Shown here one piece after another: positions 39,006 through 48,000 of a DNA stretch of 64,000 bases. Each line of letters starts with the position of its first letter. Positions within the stretch are counted from its first letter, which is position 1. The notes under the pieces were generated by a model that did no database searches, was not told the origin of the DNA, and was given only the letters and a program-made list of their open reading frames with translations. Both the position numbers and the translations under genes were made by a program. Origin of the DNA: a virus (Duplodnaviria; Caudoviricetes); the IMG/VR virus record IMGVR_UViG_3300020576_002947, positions 128,001-192,000 of that record; one strand, given 5' to 3'.

Positions 39006-40107
39006 TAATTATCCTTTGTAAAGTCCTGGCTTTGACGCTACCTAAACGAGCTTCTTGCTCTGATTCAAGCTTTGCTTCTTTTGCAGCTAAGTTTTTCCTG
39101 ATCTGTAAACCTAAATCTGCTGCTGCGTCACTTATTAGTTGTCTAACAAATGGCAGAGTTCTAGATTCAGATCCAGCTATATGAGAAGCAAGACCGTCTA
39201 GAAAGTCGTCTACCTCATCTCCAATACTAGAAGCCATTTTAACTAGCTGAAGAGTCATTACTTCTTCTAAATAGCCTTGAAGAGTATTACCATAAGAGAC
39301 TGTAAAAACTTGTTTAGTTGGGGTCCAAACATCTGTCTCATTCTTTAAGTAGTTTTGGAGTAGATATTGAAGAGAGTGTGGAGATCCTTCTACAGCGACT
39401 GGTATGTAGTAAGATATAAAGTCCTTTAACTCCTCAGCAATAGGGTTCTCATATTCTTTCCTAAGCCCTACTGACCATTCTAAGATATTAGTTAGCTCAG
39501 TTTTAGCCTTGCCAAGTAAGTAAGAAAGCATTCTATTATTCTGAACCTCTTTACCTGGAATCACTTTGCCTGCTTTATCACGTTCAGATACAAGTACTAC
39601 TTTACCTGCCTTATCTTTAACTACTATAGGCTCTTTTGGCTTTAGAATATCATCTATAGCTTTATTAAATAAAACATCTAAAACTTCTGCTCTTTGTAGA
39701 TGCAAAAACACAGTCTGAAGAAACGACTCTGAGTGCCTATCAGACTTAGCTACCTCTTTCTCTATATTATCGATCTCAACTGCACTAGCTGTAAAGGATG
39801 GATAAGATACTGAGTCGTCTAAAATTAGCTCAATAGGAACGTAGTTTTGTTCTACAAGCTCAGCGTATCTAGGAAAATAAGGACTCTCAGCGCCAGCTTT
39901 GATATACTTAATAGTATCGTTTAAATCTGCTCTAACTCGTGCTGCTAACTCTTTAACATCATCTAGCTCAGCAGGAATTTTGGTATACTGAGTGTCATCC
40001 TCAACAGCAAGTTTGTCGATATTGAGGGTACTTGGTTCTACACCAGTAGACCCTGCTTCAACTTTCTTCTTTACATCAAATACCTTAAATAGGTCCGAAA
40101 TCCTCAC
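38983..40107 (-). CDS. Hypothetical protein (374 aa, helical), possibly structural
   Basis: Long ORF overlapping both neighbours, between terL and portal. Confidence 0.6.
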   Translation of the reverse strand: MRISDLFKVFDVKKKVEAGSTGVEPSTLNIDKLAVEDDTQYTKIPAELDDVKELAARVRADLNDTIKYIKAGAESPYFPRYAELVEQNYVPIELILDDSVSYPSFTASAVEIDNIEKEVAKSDRHSESFLQTVFLHLQRAEVLDVLFNKAIDDILKPKEPIVVKDKAGKVVLVSERDKAGKVIPGKEVQNNRMLSYLLGKAKTELTNILEWSVGLRKEYENPIAEELKDFISYYIPVAVEGSPHSLQYLLQNYLKNETDVWTPTKQVFTVSYGNTLQGYLEEVMTLQLVKMASSIGDEVDDFLDGLASHIAGSESRTLPFVRQLISDAAADLGLQIRKNLAAKEAKLESEQEARLGSVKARTLQRIINVLENSF

Positions 40108-42508
40108 TGGGCCTCCATGCTGTATGCTTTATTATATCGTAAGTTACTAGCTCTGAGTCTAGCCATAGAAAATCTTCGTTATAGCCAGGGACATGTTTCT
40201 TTAATAGGGGTATAGGTTCAGGTAAAAAGTTATTTGTACCAACTAGTACTTTCTCCTTAATATCTTCACCATGTAAGAATATAATGTACTCAATAAACAT
40301 TAAACAGTCGATATAATGCTCGTCTTTATCAGTAAATACTTGTCTACCACTAGGATTTGTTTTTGATTGATATTTTATAAGCTGTCTCTTAAGATCAAGG
40401 TACTTAAAGTCGTCAGAATCATCAGCACCGCTAGCAATTAGCTTATCTTCTTCAACACGCTTACGTAATCTTTTAACCAGATACTCTTTAGCATGTCGTT
40501 TTTCTGACATAGTGTCTGAGTTTACATTTCGTGCAATTCTAGATTGTGAAGGTTCGTTAGAGTCTACCCAAAGGACACTCTGAAGGGCTAAGAGATAAAG
40601 CATTCCGTCTACATCGAATCCTCTTCTTTCTAGCTCGTACTTAAGCTCATCATATCGATCAAAACCACCTCCACCATGGTCCATACAAACATAATCAACT
40701 GAGTACTCCCAGTGTAGCTCTAGAAGTCTATTTACAGTATCATGTAGTAGTCTATCTGTAACAGCTAAGGTTTCTTGGTGAACTACAGTTAACTTGTCAG
40801 TTAATGGCTCGTACTGTCCAATTATAACTGAAGGACCACTTTGTACTCTATCCCAGTCACAACCCATTATTCTTACATGCGCCCGATCTACTAGATGGTT
40901 ACCATAAGTATATTCTTCTTTAAAGATTTTGTCTACTATGGTTTGAGGGAAAACTGTGTTCTCGCCACCCATAGGCTTTAGTAAGAATTCAGTTTCCCAT
41001 TCTATATCATTCTTACATTCAGCTCTGAGAGCTTTAAGATCATCTTCTGTAAGGTCGATCCCTAGTCGATCAGTTACAGGAATTTTGGTAATTGTAGATT
41101 TATCAGGTGGGTTAATAAAGATGTCGTTATAAAAACGGCCTGATGGGTTCTTAATAGTCCCGATAATATAGTTGATGTTGGTGTCAAAACGACGATGCTC
41201 TCCCTGCATATCACCAATCATAAAGGGCCAGATAGCTTGCCAAGCAGCATCAGAAATATCCTGCGCTTCATCAACAATAGTCATATCAGGGGACTTACCT
41301 CTGACTTTATCTGGTCTTACCAAGGCCATACCTGTAATAGTAGAACCAGTAATAAACTTCCTAGACGGCTGACCCGTATTGGTATTACCAACCTTATGTT
41401 TCATTAATTGAATCAAAGGACTGGCTTCTGTCATCATATCTATATAGTCAAATACTTCTTTTACCTGTTGTACTGATGCTGCAAAGTAGATTATTCTAAG
41501 ATCTTTCATTGTACATAGGAAGTATAGAATATTAGCAGCAATGCCGTAAGTCTTCCCACCTCTTCTATGAGCACAGTTATGTACAACAAGGTCTGAGGCC
41601 ATAAAATTATGGTCCTCATGGTCTACTGATATATCGTAAACATTACGAAGACCAATACTTCTTACATTAATGAGCTTATCCCAACATCTGGAAGGCTTGG
41701 TCTCTGTTTGATTAACTTCTAGTCCTATAAGATTTAAGAATTCATTGATGTCATGCTTTTCACACAGGAAGATGATATTGTCGTCATTAATTCTACTATG
41801 GATACCAAATCTTTGGAGCAAGTGCTGATGATCTTCAGCCATCTCTCTGGTTCTATTAAAGAGAGCAACTAATTCTTGATCTTTTTCTAAAATTCTACCT
41901 TGATTAGCAAAGTAATACGTAAAGTAATATCTTAAACACTCTTTAGTTAAAGAAAAGATCTTGGTGTTTACTGAGGCATGTAGTTGAGAGAGATCAGAAA
42001 GAAACTCAATTCCGTCTTTAGTCTCTTCAGATGTACCAAAGATATCAGTTTTGTCTGGAGTTAGTATACAGTCTCCAATCTTAAAGTCTTTTACCTTAAT
42101 CCAGCCTGACGATTTAGTATAGATTTCATGGTCTGGTGTAAGCCTAAGTACTTTACCTGATTCAAAGACTAGTTTATAGCACTCTTTCTTTTGAGGATTT
42201 TTAATCCACTTAGCGTCACTCCAAACTACTTTATTTAAAGTGAGGTCATATAAGACTGTTTCTTTTATCCAGTCTAAGGAGTCTATCCTAACAGGACGAA
42301 GTGTCTCTGGGTCGATAACCCTAGTAGTCTCATCAACACATACGTAGTTGTACTTATTAATACCAGCTAGTAGTTGTTTTTGAAGGTAATTTAACTTTAA
42401 AGGAGCTTTTGTAGTAGGATCTACTAAAACAGACTCAATCCACGGAATAGGGCCTTGAGCAGCAAGAGAAGATAAATATTTCCTATCCTCTTCAGAGATC
42501 TGAATCAT
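40085..42508 (-). CDS. terL: Terminase large subunit, intein-containing
   Basis: Walker A CAHRRGGKT, RG..PDMTIVDEAQ Walker B, RNase H-like nuclease IMGCDW, YVCMD, DEHYIDC. Confidence 0.93.
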   Translation of the reverse strand: MIQISEEDRKYLSSLAAQGPIPWIESVLVDPTTKAPLKLNYLQKQLLAGINKYNYVCVDETTRVIDPETLRPVRIDSLDWIKETVLYDLTLNKVVWSDAKWIKNPQKKECYKLVFESGKVLRLTPDHEIYTKSSGWIKVKDFKIGDCILTPDKTDIFGTSEETKDGIEFLSDLSQLHASVNTKIFSLTKECLRYYFTYYFANQGRILEKDQELVALFNRTREMAEDHQHLLQRFGIHSRINDDNIIFLCEKHDINEFLNLIGLEVNQTETKPSRCWDKLINVRSIGLRNVYDISVDHEDHNFMASDLVVHNCAHRRGGKTYGIAANILYFLCTMKDLRIIYFAASVQQVKEVFDYIDMMTEASPLIQLMKHKVGNTNTGQPSRKFITGSTITGMALVRPDKVRGKSPDMTIVDEAQDISDAAWQAIWPFMIGDMQGEHRRFDTNINYIIGTIKNPSGRFYNDIFINPPDKSTITKIPVTDRLGIDLTEDDLKALRAECKNDIEWETEFLLKPMGGENTVFPQTIVDKIFKEEYTYGNHLVDRAHVRIMGCDWDRVQSGPSVIIGQYEPLTDKLTVVHQETLAVTDRLLHDTVNRLLELHWEYSVDYVCMDHGGGGFDRYDELKYELERRGFDVDGMLYLLALQSVLWVDSNEPSQSRIARNVNSDTMSEKRHAKEYLVKRLRKRVEEDKLIASGADDSDDFKYLDLKRQLIKYQSKTNPSGRQVFTDKDEHYIDCLMFIEYIIFLHGEDIKEKVLVGTNNFLPEPIPLLKKHVPGYNEDFLWLDSELVTYDIIKHTAWRPSEDFGPI
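41576..42340 (-). mobile_element. Intein (255 aa) with degenerate LAGLIDADG remnant
   Basis: Starts CVDETTRV; block B LRLTPDHEI; ends VYDISVDHEDHNFMASDLVVHN followed by Cys+1; removal restores ...KYNYV|CAHRRGGKT. Confidence 0.92.
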
Positions 42509-42511
42509 AAA

Positions 42512-42949
42512 TTAGCGTGAGTGTAGGGTTCTAGCAAAAACTCGAGCTTGGTTTCCATCAAAAGCACCGTAGGCTGATTCCATTTGCTTCTGTGCGTAAG
42601 TGTATTGGTTATAAGCTGATTGTGAAGCTTGAGACCCTTGAGAAAAAGGAACTGATAAAGTAGACTTATCAGTAATTGATGTACTAATTGCCCCGACTAG
42701 GCTTTGAGCTAGTTCAGGAGCGTAAAAAGCAGCGTTAACTAAAAGACTATAACCAAGACCTGCAACAAAGTTTTTACCTGCAGCTACCTGGGCTAAACCA
42801 TCTACAATAGATGACGCTACAGCTTTTCTCTTCTGCTCGGGGTTTTCATAATGACCACTTGCAGCCATGAAAACCCCGGTAAGAGACATACCTAGGTTCA
42901 TCATCGCACCCTTGCTCCCACCAAGGGTTGTTAGTAACTTAGTATTCAT
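42512..42949 (-). CDS. Small Gly/Ala-rich hydrophobic protein, possible virion/ejection protein
   Basis: 145 aa; hydrophobic segments (FVAGLGYSLLVNAAF). Confidence 0.55.
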   Translation of the reverse strand: MNTKLLTTLGGSKGAMMNLGMSLTGVFMAASGHYENPEQKRKAVASSIVDGLAQVAAGKNFVAGLGYSLLVNAAFYAPELAQSLVGAISTSITDKSTLSVPFSQGSQASQSAYNQYTYAQKQMESAYGAFDGNQARVFARTLHSR

Positions 42950-42966
42950 TTTTGAGTATCAGTTCG

Positions 42967-43311
42967 TTAAAAGAACTTAAGAGCCTGCTCGCCTGCGTTT
43001 AACAACGCCTTATTAACAGAACGGCTAAAATCACCAGCAGGACCAGTAGGTACACCTTTGCCGAGATTTTGAACCATTTTACCAATTCCGCTATTAATAC
43101 CTTTTCCTAGCTCTCCAGCTTTACCACCAAGAATCATTGAGGCAGCGTAAGTAGACAAGCCAAAAGCACCTACGTTAAGGGCTGCTGTAGTCATATCCCC
43201 ATAACGCATCGAATCGTATGCTGATTTAGCATGACTAAGTGCAAACATACCTGCGGTACCACCTACACCATATCTTGCAATTGGGTTTGAAGAAAGAAAT
43301 CCACCTGCCAT
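42967..43311 (-). CDS. Small Gly/Ala-rich hydrophobic protein
   Basis: 114 aa; YGVGGTAGMFAL, ALNVGAFGLSTYAASMILGG. Confidence 0.55.
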   Translation of the reverse strand: MAGGFLSSNPIARYGVGGTAGMFALSHAKSAYDSMRYGDMTTAALNVGAFGLSTYAASMILGGKAGELGKGINSGIGKMVQNLGKGVPTGPAGDFSRSVNKALLNAGEQALKFF

Positions 43312-43318
43312 TTAGTTA

Positions 43319-43753
43319 TTAACTCCCTGAAAGAATATTATATCTTTCATCACTCATACTAGAGCCCATAATTCCTCTAGCATACGCCGGACCTGCACCC
43401 ATATCATTAACATGTCTGAGATCCCCAGAACCATCATAATAAGATGAGGGCGGCGGCGCTTTAGCAGGCAGAGCAGCAGTAGCAGCTACATTTAAACCAA
43501 ATGAAGCTCCTCCGTAAAGACCCATACCTGTTGTTATCCAGCCATTCAAACCAAATCTTTTAGTCTCATCTTTTAAGTTAGGTTTAAAAGCATTAGGAAA
43601 AGCCCCTTCTAGTCTGCCAGAGATACCTTTAAAGGTACTGCTATTTCCTAGGGCTGAAGTAGCTGTTAAAGTAGCCTTTTTTATAAAGGAGTTTGACCCA
43701 ATAGCGCCTCCCACTTGGTCAATAGATTGTAGAATAGTACCTAGTAAACTCAT
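43319..43753 (-). CDS. Small Gly/Ala-rich hydrophobic protein
   Basis: 144 aa; GWITTGMGLYGGASFGLNVAATAAL; ATGA overlap with the upstream gene. Confidence 0.55.
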   Translation of the reverse strand: MSLLGTILQSIDQVGGAIGSNSFIKKATLTATSALGNSSTFKGISGRLEGAFPNAFKPNLKDETKRFGLNGWITTGMGLYGGASFGLNVAATAALPAKAPPPSSYYDGSGDLRHVNDMGAGPAYARGIMGSSMSDERYNILSGS

Positions 43754-44511
43754 TTTACCTCAACGTCGATTACAACATTAGTAGGATCATCCTCTTTTGA
43801 GGAGTTCCTTAACTCTTTTAGAGCCACACCTTTAGGTCTAGCAAACAAGTCAGACAACATTTTAAACTGTCCTGCTTGAACAGCAAGGTTCGCTTTATCT
43901 TTTCTAGTAGCTACAAGCTGAGAAAGAGCATTTTGTAGTGACTTTTCTAGTAGTGCTCTATGTTTGATAATTTCATTAGCCCTTCTGTCAGTAATAGCGT
44001 CACCTTTAGCACTAACACCTACAACAGACTCACCAGCAACTCCATAAACAGCCAACTCTCTATCAATTCTGTTGATTAGCACAGTCTGTTTAACAATATG
44101 AAGGATTTGAAGTATGTCTGAAGAACTATCAGGTCTAACATCATGCTCTCTTACAAAGTTAGCTAGCCATATAGCAGCTTCTTTTACTTCTAGACGGCAG
44201 GGCTCCCCGAAAAGGGCATCAATAGCTACTTGTCTCTGTTGAGTACTATGCTTATACTTCTTTTTAATAGCACTCATAATAGGGCATACAGCAAAGTAGG
44301 GACATTCATGAGTTTTACAAGTTAAAAACCCACTATAAAATCCAGGAAGCTTTCGTTCGAAGATAGTTTCATCCCAAAAAGGTATTTCTCCTATTACTTC
44401 TAGCATTGCTTCGACGAGAGACTTACTAAAGTCGTCTACTTCTAGAAAAGGGGCAGTCTCTTCAAGACTTAAAAAACTAGTAGTCTTAGTTTGAATTGGG
44501 AAGTCACTCAT
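43750..44511 (-). CDS. Putative terminase small subunit (Cys cluster plus helical oligomerisation region)
   Basis: CKTHECPYFAVCP...PCRLE, then helix-hairpin-helix ending LSQLVATRKDK; upstream of terL. Confidence 0.45.
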   Translation of the reverse strand: MSDFPIQTKTTSFLSLEETAPFLEVDDFSKSLVEAMLEVIGEIPFWDETIFERKLPGFYSGFLTCKTHECPYFAVCPIMSAIKKKYKHSTQQRQVAIDALFGEPCRLEVKEAAIWLANFVREHDVRPDSSSDILQILHIVKQTVLINRIDRELAVYGVAGESVVGVSAKGDAITDRRANEIIKHRALLEKSLQNALSQLVATRKDKANLAVQAGQFKMLSDLFARPKGVALKELRNSSKEDDPTNVVIDVEVK

Positions 44512-44920
44512 TAAAAAGATTATTGAACTCAGTCAGTGAATGATCATTTCTTCTCATTCTTATTACTAGTACTTGCACTGTTTCACCATTATTTTGAACA
44601 TTAAATATGCTTTTATAACCATTTACACAATATTTCCAATCCTGTGTAAAAAGCTGGTCTGCGTAAGTATACTCATAACTGATCATATGAGAAGTAATTA
44701 CGTTTGTAGGCTCTAATGTAGGTGTATCTGAATCCATCTCTTCTTGTGGAACAACAAGAAAGTTTATATAATTATTTAATGAGAGTTTTAAATCAAATTC
44801 AGGTAAAAACTCAGGAATAATTAAAGTAAAGTACTCCGGTGACACTTCTACGATTCCGGCTGAACTAGGCGGAATATAGAAAGTAACATCTTTATTTAAT
44901 GAAGTGTTCTGTCGAGACAT
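44504..44920 (-). CDS. Hypothetical protein
   Basis: Track ORF 44504..44938 starts at a TTG inside an inverted repeat; the ATG at 44920 (MSRQN) is the more likely start. Confidence 0.6.
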   Translation of the reverse strand: MSRQNTSLNKDVTFYIPPSSAGIVEVSPEYFTLIIPEFLPEFDLKLSLNNYINFLVVPQEEMDSDTPTLEPTNVITSHMISYEYTYADQLFTQDWKYCVNGYKSIFNVQNNGETVQVLVIRMRRNDHSLTEFNNLFNE

Positions 44921-44926
44921 CTTTAC

Positions 44927-45003
44927 TACTAATGTCAAAAATAGTTTGACACTAGTATATTAGAGGCCTAGTCCTTGCACTCTAAGTTATATATAGAGTG
45001 TAA
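44927..45003. promoter_or_regulatory. Divergent control region with two inverted repeats
   Basis: IR1: TACTAATGTCAAA-5nt-TTTGACACTAGTA (44927-44957, 12/13 match). IR2: TTGCACTCTA-9nt-TAGAGTGTAA (44975-45003, 9/10 plus G.T), abutting the ATG at 45004. Confidence 0.55.
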
Positions 45004-48000
45004 ATGTTTCCAAAACGGTCTAATGATACAGATGATTATAAGGGTCTAAGTAAGAAACAAGGCTCAATTAAAGGATTGGAGTCTATTAGATTAGATTTCA
45101 AACTAAAAGAGTTTTGGGTAACACAGAAGACTAAGGATGCTATGGCTAAAGACGTAGCTAACTCCTTAAACACCTTAAGTGGGTCAACAATTCACTATAA
45201 AACTCTTCCTGATAACTCTCGTCCTCAATGGGTTGATACCCTTAGCAATTTAAGTGATAGTCTTAATGGATTAGCTAGATTTAGTACCTCCCAAATTATG
45301 GGTGCTTTAGATAATTCAATTAATGCAACTAAAGATATGATATTAGAGGCTTCAAAAGTTTATCTAATGTTTAATCCTCAAATGCACAAACGAAACGGAG
45401 AACTAACTTTTACAGGGCAGGTAATGGGTAGGATTTATGATGTACACAAAGCATCATTCCAAACGGAAGCTACTAAAAATGCTCTTGAAGCAGCTTGGAA
45501 TTTAATGAATCCTAAGAGTGGTAAGTACGAGATGGTTAGTTTCCAAGCTAAAGTTCTTACTGTAGAAAACCCAGCACTTATAAGTGAAATGTTGTATGGT
45601 ACGAAAGGTGGTCTGAAGGATATGCCAGACTTTTCTGACTTACTAGGTACTATCGTTAAGGGAAGAGACGGTCAGCTTCTTTTTGTCACTGACGCTAGAG
45701 TATTTGCTCAGCTAGCTATTGATAATGATGGAGACGTAATTCAATTATCAGTACTAAAGAAGGTAGGGGAGTCTATCACAACATCAGCAGAGTTTGCATT
45801 CTACCAAAAATCCCCTGGTTTAAGAACAAATGGAGGCGTTAGACTATTAAACGGTCTTCTATCCCAACAATTGAGTGGTGCAGCAATAGATGCAGCAGTT
45901 ACTGACCCAGTTACAAAAAGACAACTAGAACTAAAGAGGCTTAAAGCAACAACCGACTTAACCCTTTATGCCCGCCAGAGATTCTTTGGTGCCCAATTAG
46001 ATGCTTTTGGATTAAATACTACAAATACCCCTGAAAGTCCTTATAAGGGGACAATGGATTATCGTTACAGCAAAAGTGATCTACTAAAAACTGGTGCTGG
46101 TTTAATTACTACTGGGGCCAACGGTAGATCACAATTTCCTGATATAAAAGAGATATTTGCTTTTGAGGAAGGTGGTGTAAAATTTATTGGAGATGACGCC
46201 TTATCCCCTCAAGCACTACCTTCAGGGGTAAGATCTATTTTAAGAGGAGCCTCCAGAGGAAAAGAAGTTGCCTTTTGGGAAGGTTACCGAGGAAAAGACC
46301 TATCAAACAAAATGTATGCTCAAGAGTATGCTTTTGGTGGTTATGCTAAAAAGCAGGCCATGAAAGAACTAATTCCACAAGTGCGTAGCAACAAACAGGT
46401 GGGTCTTTTAACTAATATGGTTTGGGTTAAGGAAGTCTCTGAAATCATGCAAAGCATGACAGATAAAGGGGATTTAAATAACATGATTGATCAACTGGAT
46501 ACTGCGTTTCTAAAGGCGGTAAGTGATCATGTTAGTTCAGGAGACATAGATCCTAAAGCATTAGCAAAGATTAGAGAATCTGCAGGAATGCTTGCTACGA
46601 TTACCTCAAAGTTAGGCTTAGGAGACAGACGCTTTAAAGTACTAGAGCTACAAGCACTAAAAGCAGGTATTGGAGGAAAGGCACAGACAATCGGAGCGGA
46701 CGCAAGTCTTGTTTGGGGAGAAGAGGCACAAAGAGTTTTTACTGAATCAGCCAGTTTGTACCTAACTAAATCTAAATATTTTTCTGGTATGAGCGTAACC
46801 CAGTTATCAGAAGTACTAGAAGATATGATGACGGGTAACTCTCGATACTTAAAGTCAGTAGGACCTGATTTCATTACTCAAATGACTAACCCATTTGGTA
46901 GCGTTCTATCTAGCTTTGAATCTGGCGGTGACGGAGCTGTAACTAGAGAAGTAAAACCAAGAGAATCTAAAATTAGGACCGATTATTCTAAAGCAGCTCT
47001 TGAGAAGAGAGCCCAAAGTAGACCTCTTGCTCATGTACTAGATCGTAATGGAGCAAAGAAAACCAAAGGAGCTTTAGATTATTTAATTGAAGCGGGTATA
47101 CTAGAAGTACATAGATTTGATATGAGCGCAGAGACTATAGGTGCTGAAAATTTAGGCCAACTACAGAGAATGGCTGGGCAGAATCCTGTTTCTTCAGTTA
47201 CAATTGTACAAAGGGACGCTGCGGGTGGTTATAGAAGCTGGGGAAGTAATCCTGGAATTCAAGCTACAGATACAGCAGCAAGACAAGCACAATTACTAGA
47301 AAACTCAGTATGGAGACCTACAGTAATGCTAGCGAATGCAAATGGTCTCGCTTTTGATAATACTACCCCACCTGAAGATATAATACCACTATTTCTTGAC
47401 CCCTTAGAAGCAGTAAGAAAAGCAACAGAGAATGTTTCAGGTATAATTGGTCTCGAAACTCAACAAAAAGGTGGTAAAGGAGTAAAAACACACTATAGAT
47501 TTAATATAGGTGATTTTAGTGGTGCAGCTATTAATAACGATGGTATGCCGGAAGCTAGTGGTATTACTCTTAAATCATTCAAAGACGATGAAAAGCTTCT
47601 TGAGAACGCCTTAAGAGGGTACTCCTCAAAGAAAGATTTCGATAATGGTGATATAAAGAAGATTCTTAATCTTGATGTTGAAAGCGAGATTAATAGAAAG
47701 GGTTTAATGGACTACGCAAAGAATCTATTAAACAGGGCCTTAAATGAGAACGACAAAGAAGCAGAGATTAAATTTAAAAGACTAGTCACTGGTGGGTTTA
47801 TGAGGTCTTATGCAGGACAAAGTTTTGAAAGAAAATTCAATGCAGCTGTTGCATCAGTAGCAGGAGAACTAGCACACCAAACGACACTAACTGTTCAACC
47901 AGGTGGAGGAGTAGGTTTAGGTATAAATCAAAATTCTGATGTATGGAGCAGAGGTTCTATTACTATAACAAACGAGTATGGTGATATTGTTGATGAACGA

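Noticed and set aside
44933-44975. Canonical sigma70 promoters from the TTGACA hexamers (also at 15335-15340)
   Set aside because: No acceptable -10 hexamer at 16-18 nt spacing; retained only as part of the inverted-repeat finding
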